In this document: piece by piece, positions 25,843 to 35,692 of the stretch
How positions within the stretch are numbered: the first letter of the stretch is position 1
Layout: every line of letters starts with the position of its first letter
Source of the DNA: an uncultured Candidatus Saccharibacteria bacterium
GTDB taxonomy: Bacteria; Patescibacteriota; Saccharimonadia; Saccharimonadales; 2-12-FULL-41-12
Length of the DNA: 64,000 nucleotides
Reading direction: 5' to 3'
Assembly: GCA_964404795.1 (NCBI GenBank)
Contig: CAYOLI010000004.1
Location: 29,985 to 93,984 of the forward strand
Notes under the pieces: generated by a model
The model's database searches: none
What the model was told of the DNA's origin: nothing
Seen by the model: the letters and a program-made list of their open reading frames with translations, nothing else
Program-made: the position numbers and the translations under genes

Positions 25843-27018
25843 ATGTATAGTCGCGTTATTGATTTTCTGGTTGAACTACTAAAGCCATTGTTAGTAATTT
25901 TGACGATTTTGTTTTTAACATCAGTAATTATTATATTGGACTATACTTCATTCAAAACCCCAGGAAGTGGTCCAGAAGAAATTGGAATGTTACAAGTTTC
26001 ATCTATAAATGATTTGCTTCAAAATGCATTGTTTTTGCCGCAACGATTATTGCAATTTGTATTTTCAAATTTTGAGGTAAATGAGACCGTGGCACTTAAA
26101 ATGCCTTCTGTGCTCATGGCTTCAATTGCTGCAATACTGATGTTTTACGTATTACGTCATTGGTATTCAAAACGAGTTGCACTGCTGGGAACTTTGCTGT
26201 TTGCTAGTTCTAGCTGGTTTTTACTACAGGCACGATCTGCCAGTTTTGGGATTAGTTTAATTTTGAGTGCAATGACAATTATTTCGCTCGGTATATGGGC
26301 TAGCGAAAGAAAACGAGTAACGCTACTACCTCTGGTGGGCTTTATCTGCGGGCTGCTTTTGTACGTACCTGGAGGTTGGTTATTTTTGATTATTGCATTA
26401 GTTGCAGGCAATAGAGAACTCAAATTTATTTGGAAAAAAAACTCGAAACTAAACAAAGTTTTATCTATCTCTCTGTTTATCCTCAGCATAGTGCCTCTTT
26501 TATATAGTTTGTATATTAATCACAATCAGCTTGATCTTTTGGGAGTATCTTCTTCTGCAAGTTTACAAACATTAATTTCAAACATCATAAACTTGCCTGG
26601 ACAATTATTTATATCAGGTTTAGATAACAATTACACCTGGCTTGCAGGAACACCCATTCTGGACATGGCAACTACTATTTTGTTGATACTTGCTTTATAT
26701 GGTTATAGATCCGGCTATAACCCCGTAAGATTTAGAGGAATTTCAGTGGCTACTGGAGTTTCGCTATTATTAATTGGTACTTACGGAGTATCTTCTATTA
26801 GTTGGTTGGTGCCGTTTTTATATCTGTTTATTGCTGCCGGTATCGCACTTCTGCTCCAAATGTGGTTTTCGGTTTTCCCCAAGAATCCCATTGCTAAGTA
26901 TGTTGGTTTGTTATGGATTGGGCTTCTTGTTGTCCTAATAGCTTACTATCAAGGAACAAGATATTTCGTAGGTTATTCGCACAACCGAAACCAGAGCAAT
27001 ATACAAGTCGTTAACTAA
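25843..27018 (+). CDS. Polytopic membrane protein, possible GT-C (ArnT/PMT_2-like) glycosyltransferase
   Basis: At least 9 hydrophobic segments and an overall layout like undecaprenyl/dolichyl-phosphate-sugar transferases. No catalytic motif confirmed. Confidence 0.45.
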   Translation: MYSRVIDFLVELLKPLLVILTILFLTSVIIILDYTSFKTPGSGPEEIGMLQVSSINDLLQNALFLPQRLLQFVFSNFEVNETVALKMPSVLMASIAAILMFYVLRHWYSKRVALLGTLLFASSSWFLLQARSASFGISLILSAMTIISLGIWASERKRVTLLPLVGFICGLLLYVPGGWLFLIIALVAGNRELKFIWKKNSKLNKVLSISLFILSIVPLLYSLYINHNQLDLLGVSSSASLQTLISNIINLPGQLFISGLDNNYTWLAGTPILDMATTILLILALYGYRSGYNPVRFRGISVATGVSLLLIGTYGVSSISWLVPFLYLFIAAGIALLLQMWFSVFPKNPIAKYVGLLWIGLLVVLIAYYQGTRYFVGYSHNRNQSNIQVVN

Positions 27019-27058
27019 GAAAAATTTTGATACAATATACTTCAGCGAGGAGTAAGTT

Positions 27059-27352
27059 ATGAACAGATTTGATCAAGCGAAGATGCTGATGAAGGTTAAG
27101 AAGCTTCAAAAAGAATTGGCAAAGGAAATTATTAGTGTCTCGTCTGGGGATGGCGCAGTAACAGTGGAAATTACTGGAGAGCAAAAAATCAAGAGAATAC
27201 ATATAGATCCAGAGCGTATTGACTTAGAGGACATTCGCGAGCTAGAGAAATGGACTGAAGAGGCGGTAAGAAACGCCATTTCCACAAGCCAAAAAGTGGC
27301 TGCAGATAAAATGCAACCCATGATGGGAGCATTAGGTAACCTGGGACTATAG
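27059..27352 (+). CDS. ybaB: Nucleoid-associated protein YbaB/EbfC
   Basis: About 97 aa with ...KKLQKEL....I...SGDGAVTVEITGEQKIKRIHIDPE.... Followed by recR, the conserved dnaX-ybaB-recR neighbourhood. Confidence 0.88.
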   Translation: MNRFDQAKMLMKVKKLQKELAKEIISVSSGDGAVTVEITGEQKIKRIHIDPERIDLEDIRELEKWTEEAVRNAISTSQKVAADKMQPMMGALGNLGL

Positions 27353-27364
27353 GCCTAACTGCCA

Positions 27365-27973
27365 ATGAATCATTTACCTAAGTCATTAAATGATGTTATA
27401 GACGCCATGTTGACTTTGCCAGGAGTTGGTCCAAGGGGCGCTGAGCGATACGCATACTTCATACTTAAAAAAGGTCCTGTATTCAGCAAAAATATTGCTA
27501 GTAGTTTAGTCAAATTGCACCAGGGCATAGGATATTGTCCTATTACGTTTGCCCTGATAGAAAGTGATCAAAAAGTATCGCCACTGTATAGTAATCCCGA
27601 TAGAGACAAAACCGTTGTTGCGGTAGTTGCTGATCCTATGGATATATTAGCAATCGAAAAGACAGGTCAGTACAAAGGTACTTATCATGTACTTGGAGGT
27701 TTAGTGTCCCCTATAGACGGCATTACGCCAGATGATTTAAATTTGAAGCAACTAAAAAAAAGAATTAAAGAGGACAAAGTTAAAGAGGTTATACTTGCTA
27801 TAAATGCTAGCGTGGAAGGCGATGCAACAATCCATGTTCTGCAATCCTTTATGAGTGATACTAATGTATCAATATCTAAACTGGCTAGGGGATTGCCAAT
27901 TGGACTAGATTTGGAACACGCAGACCAGGTTACATTAGGGAGGGCTTTAGAGGGCAGGCAGCAGCTTATATGA
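27365..27973 (+). CDS. recR: Recombination protein RecR (zinc-finger cysteines largely absent)
   Basis: LPGVGPRGAERYAYFIL (HhH) and the Toprim region VVAVVADPMDILAIEKTGQYKGTYHVLGG. Only one Cys where the C4 finger normally sits. Confidence 0.85.
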   Translation: MNHLPKSLNDVIDAMLTLPGVGPRGAERYAYFILKKGPVFSKNIASSLVKLHQGIGYCPITFALIESDQKVSPLYSNPDRDKTVVAVVADPMDILAIEKTGQYKGTYHVLGGLVSPIDGITPDDLNLKQLKKRIKEDKVKEVILAINASVEGDATIHVLQSFMSDTNVSISKLARGLPIGLDLEHADQVTLGRALEGRQQLI

Positions 27974-28977
27974 ATCAAGTCGAAATTATTAATGGAATAG
28001 GCAAACTGATTGACGGCGCTTCAAAGATTGTAATTATTCAAGCCGATAACCCAGATGGAGATAGTTTAGCCAGCGCACTCGCTTTAGAGCAAATTTTGGG
28101 CGATTTAGACAAAGAAGTGGTTCTATATTGTGGGGTAGACGTTCCAAGATATCTTAGATATATGAGTGGCTGGGATAGGGTAACATCGGAGCTACCGACA
28201 AATTTTGACGCCTCAATAATTGTTGATACTAGCAGTTTAATGCTATTGGAAACTTTACAAAAGTCCGATAAGATATCATGGGTCTCATCGAAGCCGTGTA
28301 TTGTTATAGACCACCATGTATCACCTAGCACTGTTTATTTTGCATCCTCCTATCTAATTAGACAAGCTGTATCTACAACCGAGCTGATATATGTTCTGGC
28401 CGAAGCCCTCGGATACGACGTCAATGAGGATGCCGCTAACCTCTTATCAATTGGCATACTATCTGATTCTTTGGGATTGACATCAGAGAGCGTAACTGTT
28501 GACGCTGTCAAAATTTTAGCCGATTTGATAGAGAAAGGTGCTAATTTAGCACAAATTGATAATCAACGAAAACAGTTGCAGAAGAAAAGTATTGAAATTT
28601 TAAAATACAAAGGGCAGTTGCTAGACAGGGTGGAATTGTCTGAAAGCGGAAAAACTGCATTTCTTATTATACCGTGGGACGAAATCGAAAAGTACAGCCA
28701 TCAGTATAATCCTGCAATGTTAGCAATAGATGAGATGCGTCAAGTCCTGGGTGTTGACGTTGCAGTTGTTTTCAAAACTTATCCTGACGGCAGAATTACC
28801 GGAAAAATTCGGGCAAATTACGGCATTCGAGTAGCTGCCATGGTAGCAGAACAATTTGGCGGTGGCGGGCATGAATATGCAAGCGGTTTCCGTGTAACTG
28901 ACGGTAGAAAGATAAACGATATCAAAATAGCCGTGGTAAATGCTATAGAGGCGCAACTCAATGATGAAGCTGTATAA
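27970..28977 (+). CDS. nrnA: DHH/DHHA1 phosphoesterase (NrnA-like oligoribonuclease / pAp phosphatase)
   Basis: DNPDGDSLAS, VIDHH, and GGGGHEYASGF motifs. Confidence 0.8.
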   Translation: MNQVEIINGIGKLIDGASKIVIIQADNPDGDSLASALALEQILGDLDKEVVLYCGVDVPRYLRYMSGWDRVTSELPTNFDASIIVDTSSLMLLETLQKSDKISWVSSKPCIVIDHHVSPSTVYFASSYLIRQAVSTTELIYVLAEALGYDVNEDAANLLSIGILSDSLGLTSESVTVDAVKILADLIEKGANLAQIDNQRKQLQKKSIEILKYKGQLLDRVELSESGKTAFLIIPWDEIEKYSHQYNPAMLAIDEMRQVLGVDVAVVFKTYPDGRITGKIRANYGIRVAAMVAEQFGGGGHEYASGFRVTDGRKINDIKIAVVNAIEAQLNDEAV

Positions 28978-30352
28978 TACTCTAACTAAAAAGATTGACG
29001 AGATTACCTCAATAGATCCAGAATGCTATAAATTTTATAGTTGTGGTCCTACGGTGTATGACAGGGCTCACATAGGTAATATAAGTGCATTTATTTATGC
29101 TGACTTACTCAACAGAGCTCTGCGGACGATAAAACCAGTAATTCATGTGATGAATTATACCGATGTAGACGACAAAACAATCAGAAGTAGTCGACAGTTA
29201 TATCCAGGACTACCCCCAATGGAGGCCTTACATAAACTCACCCAAAGTAATATCGAATTGTTCGCTAAAGATTTAACTCTAGTAGCAATAGACCTGGGTG
29301 CGATCAAATTTGTAAAAGCTACGGATTATATTGATGAAATAAAAACATTTGTCGAAAACCTGGTACAAAAAGGATTTGCTTATATTGCCGAAGACGGTGT
29401 CTATTTTTCTATCCGAAAGTATAAAGAGGCAGGTAAAAAATACGGACAATTATTAGAGATTACAGATGAATCGTATCAGAAACAAAGAATTTCTAATGAT
29501 GAATATAGTAAATCGGAAGTACAGGACTTCGTACTTTGGAAAAAAGCTAAACCATTAGAGCCGTCATGGGCTTTTGAAATTGATGGCAATCCTATGGCAG
29601 GCAGACCTGGCTGGCATATTGAATGTAGCGTGATGAGTGAAGCCAATCTTGGCGTGCCCTTCGACATCCACAGCGGAGGAATAGATTTAATTTTTCCTCA
29701 TCACGAAAATGAAATTGCTCAAAGTACTGCAATTGGCGAAAATAATATATTGTCTACAATATTTTTTCATAGCAACCATGTTCTAGTGAATGATAAGAAA
29801 ATGGCAAAATCAGAAAACAATTTCATAACTATTGCTGACATAGTGAAACGTGGCTATATCCCTTTAAGCTATCGAATGATGGTTTTACAATCTCATTATA
29901 AAAACGAGCTGCATTTTAGCTGGAACGACCTAGATAGTGCCCAAAACAGGTTACTTAAATGGCAACAAGCAGCAGACAGAGTTTGGCAGCTAGAAGAGCA
30001 AGATGATACGTCGACTCTAGCCAAACTAGATTCTCTTATTTACACCGATCTGCGAATACCGCAGTGTTTATCTATTATTGATTCTGCCTTTACTGATGCA
30101 GAGGTGTGGTTTAAATCTCCAAGCAAAAAATTGCTTAAATTCATTGATGAGCAACTGGGTCTTCCCTTGGTTGTCGACGATATTAATAATGATCAAAAAA
30201 AATTATTAGAAAGCCGACGAATTGCACGCGATGAATCTAATTGGATCACTTCCGACCATATACGACAACAATTAATTACGCAGGGGATTGATGTGCTCGA
30301 TACTCCAAAAGGGCAGATTTGGAAAAGAAATTACTTTCTGCTGGCGTCTTGA
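28961..30352 (+). CDS. cysS: Cysteine--tRNA ligase
   Basis: YSCGPTVYDRAHIGN (HIGH), GWHIECS, DIHSGGIDLIFPHHENE, and KMAKS. Confidence 0.92.
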   Translation: MMKLYNTLTKKIDEITSIDPECYKFYSCGPTVYDRAHIGNISAFIYADLLNRALRTIKPVIHVMNYTDVDDKTIRSSRQLYPGLPPMEALHKLTQSNIELFAKDLTLVAIDLGAIKFVKATDYIDEIKTFVENLVQKGFAYIAEDGVYFSIRKYKEAGKKYGQLLEITDESYQKQRISNDEYSKSEVQDFVLWKKAKPLEPSWAFEIDGNPMAGRPGWHIECSVMSEANLGVPFDIHSGGIDLIFPHHENEIAQSTAIGENNILSTIFFHSNHVLVNDKKMAKSENNFITIADIVKRGYIPLSYRMMVLQSHYKNELHFSWNDLDSAQNRLLKWQQAADRVWQLEEQDDTSTLAKLDSLIYTDLRIPQCLSIIDSAFTDAEVWFKSPSKKLLKFIDEQLGLPLVVDDINNDQKKLLESRRIARDESNWITSDHIRQQLITQGIDVLDTPKGQIWKRNYFLLAS

Positions 30353-31407
30353 GTTTTGATTTTATACTTGCTTTCCATCAGTATACGAAGACATCCCGCA
30401 GCCGGTATAGCCAGTAATGCTCCAAGCAGGCCCCCAATACTAGCTCCAACTATGGCAGAAATAAAGACTACAAGGGGTGTTAGTCGATTGTTGCGCGACT
30501 GTATATATGGTTGGAGAGTAATATTCTCAACTTGTTGATAGACAATGAAGTATATGGCCATAGTAATGGCTAACGGAAAAGAAACAAATAAACAGGCAAT
30601 TATGACAATCACTGCTCCCAAGGTAGCGCCAATTAGAGGAAGTAGTGCAAATACACCAACAATGCCACCCAGGGCAATGGCATTGATGTTAGCATTAAAA
30701 ATTTGACTAGCAATCAATAGCGCAATACACGCAAATACACCTGCAATAAATGCAATTAGCAACTGACCATTAACATAACTAGTAACTACCCTATACATCT
30801 GGTTAGCAGTATCTTTTCTTTGTTTACGTTTTGAAGCCGGCTGCATAGCCCAGAACCTATCTAACCATTGCGGACCCTCTACTAGCATCATGAATGTTAA
30901 AACTAAAATGGTTATTATGGAAGCCAAAGTAGTTCCAATAGTTGTTGCAGTAGCGATAGCCGGCTGAGAAATATCCTTCGTCTTGTTGCCAACATCTTTT
31001 GCCAGATTATTTACTTCATCTTGAAGTTTATACTTACTCACAAAACGTCCAGCAGGGGATCTCTCTGTTTTTAAATCCTCTAGGGTCTGCGGAATATCAC
31101 GCACAAAATCTACAGTTTGTTTAACTAGAGGAGGGGTAATCAAAGAAAAAAACGTAATCAAAAACGCGATTAAAATTATATATGACAGCGCTGTCGCCTT
31201 AATACGGCTTTTACTTTTGAGATGTCTTGCTATCCAGCTAACACCCGGGTTAAGGGCTATAGCTAAAAAAAATGCAACTAGTATCCACACTATCGGACGT
31301 GCTAAGTTATGAAAAACACCAATAATAAGTACAGTTGAAATTACAAGAACAATGCCTTTAATGATTGTTGAAGTTTCGATGGAAATTTGGGAGTTAGTAT
31401 TATTCAA
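30331..31407 (-). CDS. AI-2E family transporter (PerM/UPF0118)
   Basis: 8-TM layout with the characteristic long cytoplasmic insert, and a G-rich C-terminal TM (IGGLLGALLAIP). Confidence 0.75.
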   Translation of the reverse strand: MNNTNSQISIETSTIIKGIVLVISTVLIIGVFHNLARPIVWILVAFFLAIALNPGVSWIARHLKSKSRIKATALSYIILIAFLITFFSLITPPLVKQTVDFVRDIPQTLEDLKTERSPAGRFVSKYKLQDEVNNLAKDVGNKTKDISQPAIATATTIGTTLASIITILVLTFMMLVEGPQWLDRFWAMQPASKRKQRKDTANQMYRVVTSYVNGQLLIAFIAGVFACIALLIASQIFNANINAIALGGIVGVFALLPLIGATLGAVIVIIACLFVSFPLAITMAIYFIVYQQVENITLQPYIQSRNNRLTPLVVFISAIVGASIGGLLGALLAIPAAGCLRILMESKYKIKTQDASRK

Positions 31408-31432
31408 TTATTCTGTTCCTTTCGCTATTGAT

Positions 31433-32611
31433 TTAAAGTATGGATAGGTTTTTCTGATTTTGCAATAGTATATATCTATTTAAAATCTTGGTTGCCACGC
31501 TCTTTACGTCATATTGCAATACCTGTTTTTGTTGTGACTTGTTAACGAGTTTTCTACTCTCAGCGTTGTTTATGAATTTAGCAAGTTTATGAGCAAACCT
31601 TTTAGTATCAAAAGGGTTAAATAGCACCGAGTTATCCCTCAAAACGCTACGGTAACCTGGGTTATCTCCAGCCATCACTACTTGAACATTAGCGGCCATT
31701 GCCTCGATTAGAACTATGCCGAAACTTTCACCGCCAATAGATGGGAACACTGCAATTTGACTGTTTTGTAGCATTTCGCACTTTTTTTTATCAGATATAT
31801 ATCCCGTAAATCTCACTATTTTTTCTAGACCATTGTTTGAAACATATTTTTCTAGCATATTTCGCTGATAGCCATCACTGCAAACATCAAGCGTAAAATC
31901 CGGATTAAACATATTATGTGTGATTCCATAATTTATGGCTTTCAAAAGCTGGTGACACCCTTTTCTTTTTATAAGACGGTTGATATAAATTAACTTTATT
32001 GTCTTGGTAGCGTTATGACGTGGCGAATTTGGTTTATATTTAGATATATCGACTGGGTTAGGCATGATTTCTGAATCGATTTTATAGTATCGTTTTGCAA
32101 ATTTATTAGCAGGACTCGAGACACTATAAAAATAATCAATCTGTTTTAATACTTTTTGTTGCACTAAACCTAACAGAAAACTGCCGATTTTGGGTATGTT
32201 GCCATAAGGTAATATATGAAATGTCCCAACAATAGGTATCTTGCCGCTCGCCAACGAAACTATTTTGCTACCCAAAAAAGGGTTAAAGGGTGTTTGGATA
32301 TGCAAAATATCCAGATCCAATTCATCAAGCTTAGCTTTTAATTTACTTTTTCGGGTTGGGAGAGGGATAGTCAACTGATTTCCGCCATTGAACCGTACGG
32401 AAAAATTTTTGCTTAACGAGTGTATATAGCTGTATTCACTTCTAGTGGTTTGGCCGCATAAATAATGAACTTCGTGTCCTAAACTTTTCATATACTCGCC
32501 AAGAGTTATGACGTATCTCTGCACACCATCTAATCTGTCAAGCCCATCATCTATGACAAAACCAATCTTAAGTTTTTTTTCGAGCATAGGTTCTTTTATA
32601 AATTTCTTCAT
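31433..32611 (-). CDS. GT4-family glycosyltransferase
   Basis: GT-B C-terminal motif GGESFGIVLIEAMA. N-terminal D.L.GV..Y pattern. Confidence 0.8.
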   Translation of the reverse strand: MKKFIKEPMLEKKLKIGFVIDDGLDRLDGVQRYVITLGEYMKSLGHEVHYLCGQTTRSEYSYIHSLSKNFSVRFNGGNQLTIPLPTRKSKLKAKLDELDLDILHIQTPFNPFLGSKIVSLASGKIPIVGTFHILPYGNIPKIGSFLLGLVQQKVLKQIDYFYSVSSPANKFAKRYYKIDSEIMPNPVDISKYKPNSPRHNATKTIKLIYINRLIKRKGCHQLLKAINYGITHNMFNPDFTLDVCSDGYQRNMLEKYVSNNGLEKIVRFTGYISDKKKCEMLQNSQIAVFPSIGGESFGIVLIEAMAANVQVVMAGDNPGYRSVLRDNSVLFNPFDTKRFAHKLAKFINNAESRKLVNKSQQKQVLQYDVKSVATKILNRYILLQNQKNLSIL

Positions 32612-33692
32612 ATTGAGAAACTATTATGTCGTAGTCGTTTTTCTTGACCCGCTCTTGTGCCCATCCTCTCCAACATTTTCGTATGGCTTTATTGGTGGCC
32701 ATAACTTTTAATCGACGGGCAAATTCCTTTGTGTCCTTAGGGTTAATAATCGAAATCTGACCCAACCCATCCATAACTGATTCATATCCAGGGTTGTTTC
32801 CAGCTACCAGTACACAACCACTCGCCATGGCCTCTAATAACACTATGCCAAAGCTCTCACCATAAACTGCCGGTGAACAAAAGAGGTCCGCTTCACTTAA
32901 TAATCGTATTTTTTCACTGTCTGAGATATAACCTACAAAATTTATGTTTTTTATGTTCTCAAACTCGGCTTGCTCAATTAATTTATCTCTGTCAGGTCCG
33001 TCCCCGGCAATTGTTAATCTGTAATTCGGATTTTCACTCTCAATTAAAGAAAATGCTTTAAGCAAATACTTAAGGCCTTTTCGACTTTCCAGTCGACCGA
33101 TATATAAAATATCTATAGGTTTATTTAAGTTAGATTTTTCTTTTCTACGGCTAAATTTTTTTAAGTCTATACCGTTTTGCACAATTTCAATTGGCATATC
33201 AGTTAGAGTGCTAGCATATTTAGACGCAGCTGGTGATACTGCTGTTAAAGCGTCAAGATATTTTAATATCGATTTTGTATATGGCGTTATTACTTTCTCG
33301 ATAGTTTTACCAACAATTCTATCTGGTATAGCAGCATGAAAAGTGCCGATATTAACAGCGTTTGATTTTCCTAATATCTGTCTTGCGAGCATCGGAGCCC
33401 ACGGCTCATGAAAATGTAAGATATCAAATTTTTCTGTTTCTAGCATTGATGTCAATTTGTCAATATCGACACTAGCCGAAAACTGAGTTGTTGTGCCATA
33501 CGTACGCCACCTTGCTGCACCACCCACCATTATTATATTACTCTGACGCGGCCCCTTGTAGTCCCTTGGTTGAGGTGTAATAATCTTTGCGTCATAGCCA
33601 CGCTTAGTAAGATTATTCTGCAGCTCTAAAACAACTTCCTGGACGCCACCGCCCAAAAACATATTATATGGACAAACCAATCCTATTTTCAT
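32568..33692 (-). CDS. GT4-family glycosyltransferase (paralogue of 31433..32611)
   Basis: YGESFGIVLLEAMASG motif and N-terminal GGVQEVV. 44-nt overlap with the downstream GT4. Confidence 0.8.
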   Translation of the reverse strand: MKIGLVCPYNMFLGGGVQEVVLELQNNLTKRGYDAKIITPQPRDYKGPRQSNIIMVGGAARWRTYGTTTQFSASVDIDKLTSMLETEKFDILHFHEPWAPMLARQILGKSNAVNIGTFHAAIPDRIVGKTIEKVITPYTKSILKYLDALTAVSPAASKYASTLTDMPIEIVQNGIDLKKFSRRKEKSNLNKPIDILYIGRLESRKGLKYLLKAFSLIESENPNYRLTIAGDGPDRDKLIEQAEFENIKNINFVGYISDSEKIRLLSEADLFCSPAVYGESFGIVLLEAMASGCVLVAGNNPGYESVMDGLGQISIINPKDTKEFARRLKVMATNKAIRKCWRGWAQERVKKNDYDIIVSQYEEIYKRTYARKKT

Positions 33693-33721
33693 AACTATAT
33701 TAGTACTTATTATACCAAATT

Positions 33722-34639
33722 TTATTGTCTTAATTTTTTTCGTAACTTTTCGGGTATCAACCCAGATGCTTCTCTTGCCGAAACAATTACCGTCGGCATG
33801 TGTCCAGCCAGTTTAATTGGTATTCTGACCACATCTTGAAAGATTACCCGTAGATGCTGTTCTACAATGTCATTATCAAAATATCTATCGTTTTTAGTTT
33901 CGACATGCCAAATTGGTAGATTGACTTTCTTACTGCACAAATCCAGAGTTAACATTTCTGTAATAGTAATCATTCTTGTCCTTAGGTCATTCATCTGCCA
34001 AAGCTTTATCTCATAATCAATTCTCTGTTTTAGCTCTTCAGGGCTAGCGTCTTTCATCTTGCTGTGGCTATTTGAAACGGATCTATATGTATTCTTAATA
34101 ACAAATTTATTAAGAGCAAGGTAGCGTAATAGAGTTGATGTTGATCGCCATTTGAATACCCACGCCAGCGTCCTTAAGCCGTAGTAGCTTTTCTTGCTAA
34201 ATTTAAAGTCATCTTTATGCACGAACCCAGCGAAACTAACAAGTAAATCAACTTTTTTGGCAAGATCAGGGTACTTTTGAAAAGTTCTTGTAATAATGGG
34301 GAGAGAAAATGACATTGCAATAATGGTAATGTTACGACGTTTAAATTTAAGTTTGATGTAAGCCGCCAAATAATCCGCGAAATTGTCAATTGTTGGGGTT
34401 TTGCCAATTTTGTAAAAACTATCCATCCCACCGAACCCTGGTAAGTCTACTGTTGTCACGCTGCCGTACCGATTTAAAACTTCTGCAATGCCGCCAACGC
34501 GCTCCAAACTAGCATGATGGCCATATAGCAAAAGTATTTGCTTAGATTTTTTCTTAGGTGCGGGTAACTCCAATACTCTACCTTGAAGGCCGTTAATATG
34601 AATTTGGGTTATATACTGAGCGATCTTTGAGTTTTCCAT
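33722..34639 (-). CDS. Alpha/beta-fold hydrolase
   Basis: LLLYGHHASLERVGG...DLPGFGGMD layout, nucleophile-elbow-like IIAMSFS, and a C-terminal His region. Confidence 0.6.
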   Translation of the reverse strand: MENSKIAQYITQIHINGLQGRVLELPAPKKKSKQILLLYGHHASLERVGGIAEVLNRYGSVTTVDLPGFGGMDSFYKIGKTPTIDNFADYLAAYIKLKFKRRNITIIAMSFSLPIITRTFQKYPDLAKKVDLLVSFAGFVHKDDFKFSKKSYYGLRTLAWVFKWRSTSTLLRYLALNKFVIKNTYRSVSNSHSKMKDASPEELKQRIDYEIKLWQMNDLRTRMITITEMLTLDLCSKKVNLPIWHVETKNDRYFDNDIVEQHLRVIFQDVVRIPIKLAGHMPTVIVSAREASGLIPEKLRKKLRQ

Positions 34640-34680
34640 AAAGTTAATCTATATAATATTACAGTTTGCTTCACATATAA

Positions 34681-34716
34681 AAAGCGACTCCTTAGCTACA
34701 GCTCCGAAGCCGCTTT
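34681..34716 (-). terminator. Imperfect hairpin downstream of the small membrane protein gene (weak U-tract)
   Basis: Minus strand AAAGCG...CGCTTT closing stem with partly paired interior, followed by TT-A-T. Confidence 0.3.
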
Positions 34717-34734
34717 AATATTTAATTCTTTTTG

Positions 34735-35046
34735 TTATTTGCGATCTTCAAGCTCTAATTCTAAGCCACCGCTCTCTTTAAAAACAAAGTTCAAAATTAT
34801 GGCTGCTATTACCCCCTGAATCCATCCAATGATGAATGCAATAATAGGATATAACACTACACCTACTGCAAAAACTCCGACGCTAAGACCCAGACCCTTA
34901 ATAAACGAGCTATTCCCCGTGATGATTCCAGAAGCCGCCGCAACTGTTGCGATTAATCCAATCACAAAAGCAATGGTTGCTTGCACAACTCCTACAAATT
35001 TTCCTAAAGACCCTACACCAATCTTTGTTATATTTACTTTACGCAT
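34735..35046 (-). CDS. Small Gly/Ile-rich membrane protein (3 TM)
   Basis: 103-aa ORF, three hydrophobic helices, acidic C-terminal tail. Confidence 0.55.
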   Translation of the reverse strand: MRKVNITKIGVGSLGKFVGVVQATIAFVIGLIATVAAASGIITGNSSFIKGLGLSVGVFAVGVVLYPIIAFIIGWIQGVIAAIILNFVFKESGGLELELEDRK

Positions 35047-35069
35047 ATTATAGAATCCTTATCAGTTAA

Positions 35070-35618
35070 TTATTTTAGCTTTTTCAGATCATACGACAGA
35101 GCGACTATAATTGGACCCGTAATCAATGCGTATAAGCCAAGTATCCATACAAAAGCAACACCTGCATTTGCTGGTTGCAAAAGAATTACAATTCCGGCAA
35201 TCACGGATATGAGACCCAAAATGACCGCAACTGTTTTGTGAGTTGCTGCTTCTTCCTCAAACAACCCAGAGTAGGCCTCTACTAATCCTCTAACTATTAG
35301 CACCGCACCAATTAGCAAAATCAACGTTGCGAATGCTACAGTAGGGTGCCTTAAAAGATATACACCAATACCTAGCTCTAAAACACCAAGCAAAAATGAC
35401 AATCCTCTGCCGGTAATACTGCCATCACCACCAAACAGGCCAATCAACCCTGTTACTAGTGAAACTAGTCCTGAAGCGACTATAAACGCGCTAAACAGAT
35501 ATACCAGTGTTACTAGTGTCAAGCTGGGCCAAAAAACGGCTGCCAAGCCAAATAAAATCGCCAGCATTCCACGAAAAGCCAACGCCCCCCACAAGTCTTT
35601 ATCATTAGTATTAACCAT
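35070..35618 (-). CDS. HdeD/DUF308-family membrane protein
   Basis: Six short TM helices with the repeated G.L.I..G motif and an N-terminal W.ALAFRG.LAILFG typical of DUF308. Confidence 0.65.
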   Translation of the reverse strand: MVNTNDKDLWGALAFRGMLAILFGLAAVFWPSLTLVTLVYLFSAFIVASGLVSLVTGLIGLFGGDGSITGRGLSFLLGVLELGIGVYLLRHPTVAFATLILLIGAVLIVRGLVEAYSGLFEEEAATHKTVAVILGLISVIAGIVILLQPANAGVAFVWILGLYALITGPIIVALSYDLKKLK

Positions 35619-35692
35619 GAACCTCTCTCCTTGTGTTATGATTCAATACTATGTATACCCGATACTAGCGGTTGAGTCAATTTTTATAAGGT

